In this document: positions 42,550 to 52,253 of the stretch, piece by piece
Position numbering within the stretch: position 1 is the first letter of the stretch
How the letters are laid out: every line of letters begins with the position of its first letter
DNA from: a virus
IMG/VR virus record: IMGVR_UViG_3300032214_000986
Span: 56,085-120,084 of that record
Direction: 5' to 3' (one strand)
DNA length: 64,000 bases
Notes under the pieces: model-generated
What the model was told of the DNA's origin: nothing
Database searches by the model: none
Seen by the model: the letters and a program-made list of their open reading frames with translations, nothing else
Program-made: the position numbers and the translations under genes

Positions 42550-43713
42550 TTATAATTTTAAATCATCAAGAGATGTCAAATCATTAGACACCCCATCTAT
42601 CTTTGATAACGTTTCAATACTATCTTTAATGTAATTTGTTTTAGGGTCCTTAGATGCTTTCAACACAACCACAGTAGGGTAGGTATCAATATTCAAAGGT
42701 TCCGATGCCGCCATATAATGGTCTTCGTTACTTCTATCAACTTGGTAATATAATGGTAAGTATTTGGACGAATTTAATACATCAACGTTATTCTTTGATG
42801 AGTTTAATTTGTTTAACGTTTCTTTGGTGTTGTCATCACTATTTAAACCTACTAATAAAAATATATTTCTATCAAAATCCCAAGACCTTTGTAATGCCTC
42901 CTTAAAAGGGATATCTTCAAATTCAATTTTACTTTCAGTTTCTGGTGTGATTTCGTTATTCGACATCATCAAATCTAAAATAAATTTTTCAAATCCTTCT
43001 TTAGTAATTTTAACAACAACATAATTATTGTTCATAATATTTTTATTACAAACTATTTCATAATCCAATTTATTTTTAATATCAGCAACTGCGTCCGTAA
43101 TTTCTTCAAGATTGGCATTTACATCTTCATTAGTTTTAAAGTATTCTAAAACTGCGGACTGTAATGCCATAATTACCGGTTTGGATAATGTCAAATTGTT
43201 AGGGTCCCACGATGAAACATCCATAGGTCCTTCTCCATATCCATAATATTCGTCTTCGGTAGATTTAAAATCCCCACATGGGTTAAGTTCAGATGAGGTT
43301 GGTTTATTAATAACTTCATCTTTAGGTGTTAACACCAAATCTCCCACATTGGTTTCAACGTTAAGTTTAATTGTTTTTAATTTTTTTTCTAATTTCTTAA
43401 AAGACCCAAATTCAGGAATAGTAATTAAAATGTTTGATGTAACATTTAAATTTCCAAATTTAAATTTACCTTCCGAATCTGTTTTTGTGGTATTTTGTTC
43501 CTTCACTAAATACCCGTTCTCTATTGTTGATAGTATAACCTCAACATCCTCTACAGGGGTTTTACTCTCACTATAATTAAGGATATCCGCAGACATAACA
43601 TAATCAGAAACCACCTTACCAACAATTGACGTTGTGGTTTCCTCATTAATTAAACCATACAAAGATAAAATTCTTTGTTTATCATTTTCCGTTATAATAA
43701 ATTGTCTACCCAT
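42550..43713 (-). CDS. Leader + carboxypeptidase-regulatory-like domain + thioredoxin-like fold (no CxxC)
   Basis: FIITENDKQRIL..LINE; TKTDSEGKFKF; FKEAL..NIFL..IDTYPTVVVL. Confidence 0.55.
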   Translation of the reverse strand: MGRQFIITENDKQRILSLYGLINEETTTSIVGKVVSDYVMSADILNYSESKTPVEDVEVILSTIENGYLVKEQNTTKTDSEGKFKFGNLNVTSNILITIPEFGSFKKLEKKLKTIKLNVETNVGDLVLTPKDEVINKPTSSELNPCGDFKSTEDEYYGYGEGPMDVSSWDPNNLTLSKPVIMALQSAVLEYFKTNEDVNANLEEITDAVADIKNKLDYEIVCNKNIMNNNYVVVKITKEGFEKFILDLMMSNNEITPETESKIEFEDIPFKEALQRSWDFDRNIFLLVGLNSDDNTKETLNKLNSSKNNVDVLNSSKYLPLYYQVDRSNEDHYMAASEPLNIDTYPTVVVLKASKDPKTNYIKDSIETLSKIDGVSNDLTSLDDLKL

Positions 43714-43715
43714 TT

Positions 43716-44195
43716 CTATTTAATCAGTTGTATATCATCTATGTTATCTTCATTTACTTCACTGTCATAGATATCTTCACCAATAATTCTACCATCCCAA
43801 TAATCATATTCACCAGTATTTCTCATACTATAAATGATGTTTTCCGTTAATGGTATATATGATGAAATTTCATTAAGATATTTAGTGGTTTTATAAATTA
43901 CCATATCTTCTGAATGTATAACATTATATTTTTTTAATTCAGGTTTAACAAGTCTAACATCCATATTAGAATAATCAGGATTATCTAAATATAATGAAAT
44001 AAAAAATCCCCATTCTTCAGATCCCGCATTATCAATACCAAAGTATTTTAAAATATCGTTAATAATTTCAACAACATCACCTTCATAAAGATCATAACTA
44101 TCTAAGTCTATTTCAATATCATTCTCTTCAAATCTTTCATGCATAGATGTTAATACCATTCTTAACACCCCATCTGATAAATTATTAAACAACAT
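43716..44195 (-). CDS. Acidic hypothetical protein
   Basis: 159-aa ORF with TATTTAT upstream. Confidence 0.65.
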   Translation of the reverse strand: MLFNNLSDGVLRMVLTSMHERFEENDIEIDLDSYDLYEGDVVEIINDILKYFGIDNAGSEEWGFFISLYLDNPDYSNMDVRLVKPELKKYNVIHSEDMVIYKTTKYLNEISSYIPLTENIIYSMRNTGEYDYWDGRIIGEDIYDSEVNEDNIDDIQLIK

Positions 44196-44224
44196 TTTTA
44201 AAGACTTTATTTATAAATACTTCG

Positions 44225-44518
44225 TTAAACTAAATCTTTATCCACCAAATAATATTGGTACCCTAACGAATAATACATAAAGCTTCCCTTTGATTTTAAA
44301 ATTCGATTGATTCTTTCTTTTTCAGATACTTTCACACCCACAATGGTTTTACCTTGAGGTAATTTTCTACCCTGATGAGTATTTAAAACGTCTTGAACTG
44401 GGTCCAAATAATACTTAAGGTTTTTTATTAAGGTTTTTTTATCTCCAATAACACCAATTCCGTATTTTTTACACAAAGATTTGATTTCGGGTAATTCTAA
44501 TGTTTCTATTTTTTTCAT
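44225..44518 (-). CDS. Small basic protein with SAP/LEM-like N-terminal helix pair
   Basis: LPEIKSLCKKYGI..GDKKTLI; TATCTTTA host-type element just upstream. Confidence 0.55.
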   Translation of the reverse strand: MKKIETLELPEIKSLCKKYGIGVIGDKKTLIKNLKYYLDPVQDVLNTHQGRKLPQGKTIVGVKVSEKERINRILKSKGSFMYYSLGYQYYLVDKDLV

Positions 44519-44540
44519 TTTGTAAAGATAATAAAAAATA

Positions 44541-44858
44541 TTATTTAAACAAAGAGGATTTAGTTCTTATCATATCGTCAACAGCCAATTGAGCATCTTT
44601 TTGGTTAGTATAAATTTTAGTAATCGATTCAAATTTTGGGTCTTGGAATATCTCGGCCTCTCTAGCATCCTTAGGTATTGTTACACCTTTAGACTTCCAA
44701 GTATATTTAATTTTATATTTACCAAATCCTTCAGGTGTTACTTGAAATTCAGGTAATTGATTTTCTTCCTCTTCTTTCAATGAGAATTTTTGATTAAGGT
44801 ATCTTTCTTCAGCAATTAAATTAGTACTTTGAATTGTTTGTTGTTTTCTACTCCACAT
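44541..44858 (-). CDS. Leader-bearing hypothetical protein
   Basis: IQSTNLIAEERYL..LKE; TATTTAT upstream. Confidence 0.65.
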   Translation of the reverse strand: MWSRKQQTIQSTNLIAEERYLNQKFSLKEEEENQLPEFQVTPEGFGKYKIKYTWKSKGVTIPKDAREAEIFQDPKFESITKIYTNQKDAQLAVDDMIRTKSSLFK

Positions 44859-44896
44859 AGTTTTTTTTAATAAATAGTTTTACTATATAAATAATA

Positions 44897-45349
44897 ATGA
44901 TTAAAATTAAAAAAACAAAAATGATGAAGAAAGTATTAAACAACAGTACCGTGACTGTTAACTACACGGGGAAATTAGAAGATGGGACAATTTTTGACAC
45001 ATCAATGGTTGAAGGTCGTGAACCACTTAACGCAAAATTAGGAGAAGGTCAACTTATTAAAGGTTTTGAAGACGGTCTATTGGATATGGCTGAAGGAGAA
45101 ACAAAAACAATTGAAATCGAATGTGGAGAAGCGTACGGTGAGTATATTGAAGATGTGATTCAAGAAGTTCCTAAAGACCAAATGCCAGGTGAAGTTGAGG
45201 TTGGTATGCAAATTCAAGCACAAACTGAGATGGGTCCTATTATTTTTACCGTTAAAGAAGTAAAAGAGGATAGTGTTGTTTTAGACCCTAACCACGCATT
45301 AGCAGGTAAAAAACTTATCTTCGATTTAGAAGTAGTTTCTATCGACTAA
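44897..45349 (+). CDS. FKBP-type peptidyl-prolyl isomerase (SlyD/FkpB-like); start may be 44921
   Basis: VNYTGKLEDGTIFDTS..G.GQLIKGFE..AYG..D.NH.LAGK.L.F. Confidence 0.93.
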   Translation: MIKIKKTKMMKKVLNNSTVTVNYTGKLEDGTIFDTSMVEGREPLNAKLGEGQLIKGFEDGLLDMAEGETKTIEIECGEAYGEYIEDVIQEVPKDQMPGEVEVGMQIQAQTEMGPIIFTVKEVKEDSVVLDPNHALAGKKLIFDLEVVSID

Positions 45350-45430
45350 AAAAAACAAACCCCCATTGGTAGCGACACTGATGGGGGTTTTATATAGCCG
45401 TTGCTATATCGGTCCTAAGCCGACCTTTTG

Positions 45431-45880
45431 TTATTTTTCAATAACAGTATTTTGTATTTCCTCAACTAGTTTATCGGATAGATAAACGTCTCTCATACTA
45501 CTACGTGTATAATCACCCGTATGGTAATATCCTAAAAGATCATCAATTTCTTCATTAACCTTTCTAAGAATATAACTATCTTTTTTGAACCAATATTCTA
45601 ATCTTTCTTTCATCGTCCCCTCAAGTTTATTTTGATAAAAGATATCAAGGACAATTGATAAGTATTTTTTTAGTGTGTCTGAGACATCTAAAATCGTTAT
45701 ATCATAAAATGCATAATCATAATACTCACCGACTGAAATCATTTTTCTTATCCCAACAATTTCAAATGAAAAAGTTAATGTATGGTTTTCTACCGAATCA
45801 GGATATAAACCAACTTGAGTTTCAAATTCTTGATTCTCCAAACTTTTATTAATTTTTTTTATTTCTTCTTCAGTAAACAT
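45431..45880 (-). CDS. Hypothetical protein
   Basis: 149-aa ORF coupled to the upstream gene. Confidence 0.65.
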   Translation of the reverse strand: MFTEEEIKKINKSLENQEFETQVGLYPDSVENHTLTFSFEIVGIRKMISVGEYYDYAFYDITILDVSDTLKKYLSIVLDIFYQNKLEGTMKERLEYWFKKDSYILRKVNEEIDDLLGYYHTGDYTRSSMRDVYLSDKLVEEIQNTVIEK

Positions 45881-46296
45881 TATAATTCGTAATAGTATAG
45901 GTCTCGAATATCATTACCACGTAATCTTTTATATTCTAATTTATTCATTAATTTTTGTGAACCAACATTATCTCTTCTAACAATATTTGTTATATAACTA
46001 TATCCTGATTCCCAAGCAATTTTGTGACACTCTAATTTTAATTTTTCTCCCCACCCTTGTTTTTGAAAATCCTCAAATACTTTTAAACCAAATTGGTAAA
46101 CCGTATTTTCATTATTAAAAAATTTAGGTTTGTTACCCAATAATTCTACGTACGATTCCGATCTTTCTTTTCCATAATCTAATGTAGTCATGTTTGTTTC
46201 ACCAATAAAACTATCATTTAAATTTAATATCATAATACACAAACCATCATGTGATTGAATATCACCGATACATTGTATTATGTAATCTCTTCTCAT
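45880..46296 (-). CDS. GNAT-family acetyltransferase
   Basis: V..DFQKQGWG acetyl-CoA motif; N..SQKL..KL.Y. Confidence 0.75.
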   Translation of the reverse strand: MRRDYIIQCIGDIQSHDGLCIMILNLNDSFIGETNMTTLDYGKERSESYVELLGNKPKFFNNENTVYQFGLKVFEDFQKQGWGEKLKLECHKIAWESGYSYITNIVRRDNVGSQKLMNKLEYKRLRGNDIRDLYYYEL

Positions 46297-46311
46297 CCGT
46301 ACGTCATTTCA

Positions 46312-47145
46312 TTACCAAGCCCATGGATAATCATCCATTTTACCCTCACTTTCAAAAATATAATAGTCGTCCATCTCTATTCTATACTTTTGATATAAAG
46401 AATATTCAGTTTCAGTTTTACCATAAAAATGTCTGATGATAATCCCTGAGTGGTCAAGTCCCCTTTGGATTTTTTCATAATCATCAAGATCCATTACTTC
46501 ATTCAGTTCTATTTCAGGAGTATCACTTTTTTTAACGTAGGCAACCAACAGTATTTCTTCATCGTATGCCAACTCATTACCCTCAACTTCACCCCTACCA
46601 CGACAAGTTTGACACTCAAAATCACCGTCACCATCACAAGCACCACATGTTACTCGACCATCCCCATTACATGAATAGCAAGATTCTTCCCCTGAACCGT
46701 CACATCTGTAACATGTTTCACCATCAGATTCTTCACCACTACCATCACAACTAGAACACTCTAACTGACCCGTACCTTCACATTCATCACATTCAACATC
46801 ACCATCCCCCTGACAACTATCGCAATCCTCCCTACCGTGACCACTACAATCATCACAAGACTCTTCTTCATATTCAGGTTCATTATAAACCTTTAACTCA
46901 TAATACCTTAAATTATTAATGATGTTTTTAACTTCAATCTCACTAAAATCTTTAAGTAAATAATAAGTAGCGTATGCTACTTTTACTTTATCACCATTAC
47001 TTAATTTAGATAAAAATAATGTTACCATATCATCTTTTTTTAAAATGATAATAAAAGTAGTGATATTATGGGTGTGGTAATCTTCCCCCTCTAAAAAAGT
47101 TTTTAGTCTTTGTGCGTACGTTATTATTTTTTCTATTTGTAACAT
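46312..47145 (-). CDS. Protein with eight DnaJ-type CxxCxGxG zinc-finger repeats
   Basis: CDDCSGHG, CDSCQGDG, CDECEGTG, CSSCDGSG, CYRCDGSG, CYSCNGDG, CGACDGDG, CQTCRGRG; no J domain. Confidence 0.85.
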   Translation of the reverse strand: MLQIEKIITYAQRLKTFLEGEDYHTHNITTFIIILKKDDMVTLFLSKLSNGDKVKVAYATYYLLKDFSEIEVKNIINNLRYYELKVYNEPEYEEESCDDCSGHGREDCDSCQGDGDVECDECEGTGQLECSSCDGSGEESDGETCYRCDGSGEESCYSCNGDGRVTCGACDGDGDFECQTCRGRGEVEGNELAYDEEILLVAYVKKSDTPEIELNEVMDLDDYEKIQRGLDHSGIIIRHFYGKTETEYSLYQKYRIEMDDYYIFESEGKMDDYPWAW

Positions 47146-47168
47146 ATTTTAATAAATAGTTTATAAAC

Positions 47169-47198
47169 TAAAAAACCCCACCGATAGGGTGGGGGTTC
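47169..47198 (-). terminator. Intrinsic terminator (CCCCACC family)
   Basis: AAAAACCCCACCGATAGGGTGGGGGTT; near-identical copy at 47883-47909 and related copy at 49742-49769. Confidence 0.75.
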
Positions 47199-47215
47199 AA
47201 TTATATTTTACAATA

Positions 47216-47485
47216 TTAATAAATTTTATTAACTACTCTTAATTTTTGTCCCACATTTAAGTAACTATTAGTCAATCCATTTAACTTTTGGATGTCCGTA
47301 ATAGTAACTCCGAATGCTTTAGCGATTAATAACATTTCATCTCCACTTTTCACTGTGTAATATCCTGTCTTTTTACCTTTCGCTATTTCCTCAGGTGTTG
47401 GCTTTCTTCTGGTGTTTTGTTCACTTATAACATTTTTAACCAAATCGATTAATTCTGTTTCTGTCAATCTAATAATGTTTTCCAT
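47216..47485 (-). CDS. Leader + single LysM domain
   Basis: IIRLTETEL..VISEQ; YTVKSGD..IAKAFGVT..I.KLN..LNVGQKL. Confidence 0.88.
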   Translation of the reverse strand: MENIIRLTETELIDLVKNVISEQNTRRKPTPEEIAKGKKTGYYTVKSGDEMLLIAKAFGVTITDIQKLNGLTNSYLNVGQKLRVVNKIY

Positions 47486-47507
47486 AATAATTTTTTAAAT
47501 AAATATA

Positions 47508-47627
47508 TTAAGAAAGTGATTTCTTATATTCTGCAATTAGAATATTATTTTTTTCAATCATCCTAAGAGTTTTCAAAATACTTTTTCTACTCTTTTTCTT
47601 TTTTCCTTCTTTTTTTGCGTTTGCCAT
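47508..47627 (-). CDS. 39-aa very basic peptide
   Basis: Manual translation MANAKKEGKKKKSRKSILKTLRMIEKNNILIAEYKKSLS; TATTTAT upstream at about 47645. Confidence 0.55.
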   Translation of the reverse strand: MANAKKEGKKKKSRKSILKTLRMIEKNNILIAEYKKSLS

Positions 47628-47673
47628 GGTTAATTGGTTTACTTATAAATATACCATCTAACCATAAAAAAAA

Positions 47674-47853
47674 TTATAATTTAGATAACCTATTCATGAT
47701 ATCCCTAACCTTAGATTCTATCACTCTAATTCTTTGTAATTGTTCCATATTTAATTCGAAACTCTCACCTTTAATTGCATTAATTTGATTGGATAGTTTT
47801 GTATGTTCAAACATTAGTTGATTATACACTTGGGCTTTTTGTTCATTTGTCAT
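47674..47853 (-). CDS. 59-aa coiled-coil protein
   Basis: Manual translation MTNEQKAQVYNQLMFEHTKLSNQINAIKGESFELNMEQLQRIRVIESKVRDIMNRLSKL. Confidence 0.65.
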   Translation of the reverse strand: MTNEQKAQVYNQLMFEHTKLSNQINAIKGESFELNMEQLQRIRVIESKVRDIMNRLSKL

Positions 47854-47928
47854 AATATAATATAGGTTTTTTATTTAAAAAGAAAACCCCACCGATAAGG
47901 TAGGGTTTCACTTTTATTTTTTTTATGC

Positions 47929-49041
47929 TTAGCAATTAGCGTCGGAGATTTTCATATCTTCTAATATACCATTAATCACTTTTAACACTTCAGCCGATAA
48001 CATACCATTAGCCAAATCTAACAACATTTGGTTCATATCAACAATACCTGCTGTGATATAGTTAATGTCCATACCAAGAGCATAAACTAATTGTGTTAGT
48101 GCGTTTGAATCGTAGATATTAGTCGGAATCTGAATTGTTAAAGAGTCCAATTGTAAATAATATCCTGATTTATCTGTACCATCACAAACAACAGTTAAAG
48201 TACCTTTACCTGTACCTTTAACACCTGAAGCAACAACAGGAAGGTCTCCCTCAACAGCAGGAATTGGATCTTGCCATAATTTATAATGGGAATTAGCAAT
48301 TACTTGAGGAATATTTAAATCCATGGTAACACTAAACACGTTTGTTTGATTTTCTTTAGCAACAACATCATAAACGTTAGTCACTTGAATGGTACCAACA
48401 CCTTTAATATTTAATAATCTAAATGAATATCCACCTGTTATTGTTAAATAACCACAAGCGTCAACACATCCATTATACATTGAGTCGGCACCTGCTTTAC
48501 AATCAGATGACATCTTGTTACAACTATCCGTACAACTTTGGTAAGGGAAAGCCGAATTACATCCTGACTTACAAGATGAAGAAGCAGAATCACATCCTTT
48601 AGAACAGCAACCTCCACAAGTCCAGTCAACGGTAGAACATGCACCTTTACAAGCTTGTCTTGTCACATCACAAGCACTAATACATCCGTCATAACCCACT
48701 TTAACCGCATCACATCCGGTATTACAAGTTTGTCTAGTTGCATCACAAACTCCGTAAGCAGCATCTTTAGTTGCCTTACAAGCTTGGATACAGGCGTCGT
48801 TTAATGTTTGTTCTTCATAACTGTCATGTACGTAAACCTCATCACAAAATTCAATGTCATTAATGACAGAAGTTTTATCACAACTTGAAGAAACTTTAAA
48901 CTCTAAGCTTTGAATTGTGTCGGATTGAATAATGGTATTCAGGGCCGTTAAGATTTTACCTTCTAACGATTCAGGGGTAGGGGCAACATAACCCTTTTTA
49001 CCAAATAGTTTTTTAAATAATTTTTTTAATAGCTTTTTCAT
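47929..49041 (-). CDS. Cys-rich hypothetical protein
   Basis: Amphipathic MKKLLKKLFKKLFG N-terminus; central region of about 120 aa with about 20 Cys, often as CxxxC. Confidence 0.75.
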   Translation of the reverse strand: MKKLLKKLFKKLFGKKGYVAPTPESLEGKILTALNTIIQSDTIQSLEFKVSSSCDKTSVINDIEFCDEVYVHDSYEEQTLNDACIQACKATKDAAYGVCDATRQTCNTGCDAVKVGYDGCISACDVTRQACKGACSTVDWTCGGCCSKGCDSASSSCKSGCNSAFPYQSCTDSCNKMSSDCKAGADSMYNGCVDACGYLTITGGYSFRLLNIKGVGTIQVTNVYDVVAKENQTNVFSVTMDLNIPQVIANSHYKLWQDPIPAVEGDLPVVASGVKGTGKGTLTVVCDGTDKSGYYLQLDSLTIQIPTNIYDSNALTQLVYALGMDINYITAGIVDMNQMLLDLANGMLSAEVLKVINGILEDMKISDANC

Positions 49042-49071
49042 AGTATATATTTTTTATTATAAATATGTCGA

Positions 49072-49719
49072 TTAATCGAACTTAAACTTGGTATCATAAT
49101 AAGTCGCAACCCAATCGGCGTTTAGTAGTGGGTATTTAGTTATTATAGAATCCAGTTCTTGATACATATTCTCACTTTCCCAATAAGTTTCAACACCTTG
49201 TAAAAACTCATCATAATATCCAACCACCTCTTTAATATCCGCAACTTCACCATCGCACGTTGCCTTGGTTGGTTTAAAAATATTATTTATTGAAAACATA
49301 TCAGGTTCCCAATTGGTGGTGATATCAAGATTCTTACCATATATCCTGTAATCAACAGGACCTTCACTACTTTGGATTTGAAAATATATAAACGGTAAAT
49401 CATCGAAGACCTTTTTAGTTTCCTTTAAAAATTTACTATTTAAAATTAACCCTTCTTTAACATCGTCATCAAATTCAATAAAAAAACCTTCATTGACGTA
49501 CTCCCCAAAAGAATCAACAATATCGTTTAATTCGTCAGCAACTATAGTAGTGAAATATGGTATTTTATTTGGATTAAATATATCAAAATACATCACATTT
49601 TGTTCTTCATCTTTTTTAAATCTTTTACCAATTGAGGTTAAGGTTATTTTTAAACCATGGAGGTCTATTACGTCACCTGCGAATAGTTTAAATAACTTAT
49701 ATATTTTTTCTTGTTCCAT
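49072..49719 (-). CDS. Hypothetical protein
   Basis: 215-aa ORF with TATTTAT upstream. Confidence 0.7.
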   Translation of the reverse strand: MEQEKIYKLFKLFAGDVIDLHGLKITLTSIGKRFKKDEEQNVMYFDIFNPNKIPYFTTIVADELNDIVDSFGEYVNEGFFIEFDDDVKEGLILNSKFLKETKKVFDDLPFIYFQIQSSEGPVDYRIYGKNLDITTNWEPDMFSINNIFKPTKATCDGEVADIKEVVGYYDEFLQGVETYWESENMYQELDSIITKYPLLNADWVATYYDTKFKFD

Positions 49720-49772
49720 TTATTATAAATATAATAGAAATAAAAATCCCCACTGATGAGGTGGGGATTAAA

Positions 49773-50027
49773 CTATTTAAATGATTTAGCATCAGAGAAG
49801 GAATCAGGATTAATAAACTCGGACTCCAAATAGTCGATGACATCCCTTAGTGCCTTTGCCTGATTTTTAGGACCATCTTCAACCCTAATAGATAAGGCAA
49901 CTCCTCCGACCAGCACAGAACGAATCATATCAGTATCCAAAGAGTTAGGGGCAGAAATATCAAATACATAATTATTATCCCCTTCGATAGTTACCTCAAC
50001 TGTGACCTTTAGTTTATTCTCTTCCAT
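49773..50027 (-). CDS. Hypothetical protein
   Basis: 84-aa ORF followed by a terminator. Confidence 0.6.
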   Translation of the reverse strand: MEENKLKVTVEVTIEGDNNYVFDISAPNSLDTDMIRSVLVGGVALSIRVEDGPKNQAKALRDVIDYLESEFINPDSFSDAKSFK

Positions 50028-50034
50028 AATTTAA

Positions 50035-50298
50035 TTATTCTCCGTCAAAGATAATTCCCATTTCTTCGTTGTTGGTTTTATCTCTACGAATATCGCTCGC
50101 CATTAATTCTTCCTCCAAGTTCTCATACCATTCTCCGTTAACCGCTTTCATCTCGTAAGCGTTAGATCGTATATATTCTTTCATTTCCTCTTCACTCATT
50201 CCTTCTAACTCAGGATAGTTATCGGTATCAACCTCAACTGGTTCTCTACAGATCCAACTACAATAGGACTCCGTCCCGTAAACATTAATTTTCGCCAT
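50035..50298 (-). CDS. Acidic hypothetical protein
   Basis: 87-aa ORF. Confidence 0.6.
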   Translation of the reverse strand: MAKINVYGTESYCSWICREPVEVDTDNYPELEGMSEEEMKEYIRSNAYEMKAVNGEWYENLEEELMASDIRRDKTNNEEMGIIFDGE

Positions 50299-50382
50299 AA
50301 TATATTTTTTTTATTTAATAATAGAAAATAAAAAACCCCCAATCAATAGAGAGGGGGTCAAATATTTTGTATGTGGTATTTT

Positions 50383-50868
50383 TTATTTAATTTTTGTTCT
50401 ACTTACGTTAGAAATTAACCCACCCGCAACTGTCGCAGTACCTGCAGCCATTGCCAATGCCATTTCTAAAATATCTTCAGCACCAAGACCACCCGCCATT
50501 GGGATTGCCATAATTGCTCCCGCAAGTGCTCCAAGACCTAAAGTAGTCAACTTTCTTCTCCAATACTCGTTTTTAGAAATTTCTTTTGGTTGAGCGTCAG
50601 TATAATCTTTGTATTCGTAATCTTCATTCAAACTACCATCAAGTTCTTGACCCAACTCATTAGCCAATTCTGGATTATTTTCAAAAAATCTAACAATTCT
50701 TTGAAAGTGTTTATCGTTTGCTATTTCTTGAGGGATTTCCATTTTAGAAAAATCCGTCTCATCTTCCATTTCTCGTGAATCATCAACCCATTGGTCTTCA
50801 TCTTCTTTGATTAGAGTTTCTACCAAGTTTATTAACTCACTTTCTGTTAGTCTAATTAATCTTTCCAT
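50383..50868 (-). CDS. Leader-bearing protein with C-terminal Gly/Ala-rich hydrophobic hairpin
   Basis: LIRLTESELINLV..IKE; LGLGALAGAIMAIP..LAMAAGTATVAGGLI. Confidence 0.7.
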   Translation of the reverse strand: MERLIRLTESELINLVETLIKEDEDQWVDDSREMEDETDFSKMEIPQEIANDKHFQRIVRFFENNPELANELGQELDGSLNEDYEYKDYTDAQPKEISKNEYWRRKLTTLGLGALAGAIMAIPMAGGLGAEDILEMALAMAAGTATVAGGLISNVSRTKIK

Positions 50869-50907
50869 AGTAATTTTTTTTATTTTATAAATATTATATA
50901 TTTTTAT

Positions 50908-51216
50908 TTATTCTGCAAGTGACATGAAATAATCTTTCATTTTAGAATAGTAATTAGTCTCGACATACCTTTGGATTTGGTTTCTCAATGTGACCTTTTC
51001 ATCGTTATCTAAAAATGATTCATTATTAATAATGGTGGAGGCCAATTTATAAGCAACAATTTGTTTAAAATCGGCAAAGTTTCTTTTATCCAATGGAAAA
51101 CTTTGTTCCCCTTGAATAAATTTATAAACAGAATCCATAATAGGTTCAACCATAGAATCAATTTGGGATGATCTACGAATTAAACGATATTGATTTTCTG
51201 TAATTATAATTTTCAT
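50908..51216 (-). CDS. Leader + helical LRR(R)-type module
   Basis: MKIIITENQYRLIRR; VTLRNQI shared with the neighbouring gene. Confidence 0.7.
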   Translation of the reverse strand: MKIIITENQYRLIRRSSQIDSMVEPIMDSVYKFIQGEQSFPLDKRNFADFKQIVAYKLASTIINNESFLDNDEKVTLRNQIQRYVETNYYSKMKDYFMSLAE

Positions 51217-51854
51217 ATATTATCCTCCTCATTAAAATACATGTCAATAATATCAGAAAAAGTTAAACCCATTACATCAATACCGAGTTCTTCAATTATT
51301 TCATTATCAACATAATCAAATCCTTCTTCATCAATAAACCACTCAAATTCACCTCTGTCTTGATAAAGGAATTTCTTACCATTGATATTAACAAGATACA
51401 TCGGACCCCAATGGTTCAAAAACCTTCTAATCGATTCAGGACCAATACCCTCGTCAAATGACATTGGGACATCATACGATGAGGTTATTTGTTCAATACC
51501 ATTTGTAAAATCAATATTAAGTTCGTCTTTTAAAAACCTTTTGCTTTTTTCCTTTGGTGATACATTTTCAGAAATACGGTTTGTTCGTCTTTCCCACCAT
51601 TCTTTATATTCTTCATAAAAATGATTTTTAACGAACTGAATAATTTGGTTTCTAAGAGTAACATATGAATCTTGATCCATCTTTGTTCTATCTATCATAT
51701 CAACAGCAATGTCCCAACACAATCCTTGAAAGAAGCTTTCAAAAGTATCAAATGCAGTAATATTATGTACCAACAAGTAGTTATCAAAAAGTTCCTTGAT
51801 TCTTCCGTATCTTCTAAGAATGGCGTTTTGTGATTCCGTTATAATTACTCTCAT
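51213..51854 (-). CDS. Leader + paralogous helical module + second module after an ISE site
   Basis: MRVIITESQNAILRR..YVTLRNQIIQFV..RISENV. Confidence 0.7.
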   Translation of the reverse strand: MRVIITESQNAILRRYGRIKELFDNYLLVHNITAFDTFESFFQGLCWDIAVDMIDRTKMDQDSYVTLRNQIIQFVKNHFYEEYKEWWERRTNRISENVSPKEKSKRFLKDELNIDFTNGIEQITSSYDVPMSFDEGIGPESIRRFLNHWGPMYLVNINGKKFLYQDRGEFEWFIDEEGFDYVDNEIIEELGIDVMGLTFSDIIDMYFNEEDNI

Positions 51855-51869
51855 ATAAATAAATATATC

Positions 51870-52253
51870 TTACGTTATCTTTTCATCATGCCCATAGAAA
51901 GTAACATATATTGAGAATGGGATTAAATCAAAATACTCACTAATAATTATTTCTTCCAATTCAGACATATACCACGTATTTGAACTATATTCATCCAATC
52001 TCCAATTGGAATAAAAATCTTCACCGTTTCTTGTGATAGAAGAAATGATTACTTGGATGTCACCAACAGCTCCCGTACCTTCACCAACAACAGCTCCAAC
52101 CTTCATTGTATAACGGAACACATATTCGTCATCAACATACATTTCAGAATTTACATCATCAAAATATAATTCCTCGTCAATGATGGTCGACTCATATTGT
52201 TTATTTTCAAATAATCCTTTAAGTAGGTCCTTAAGTTTTTGGTTCGTTCTCAT
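51870..52253 (-). CDS. Hypothetical protein
   Basis: Start set to ATG 52253 (MRTNQKL); resembles the 45431-45880 product in layout. Confidence 0.6.
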   Translation of the reverse strand: MRTNQKLKDLLKGLFENKQYESTIIDEELYFDDVNSEMYVDDEYVFRYTMKVGAVVGEGTGAVGDIQVIISSITRNGEDFYSNWRLDEYSSNTWYMSELEEIIISEYFDLIPFSIYVTFYGHDEKIT

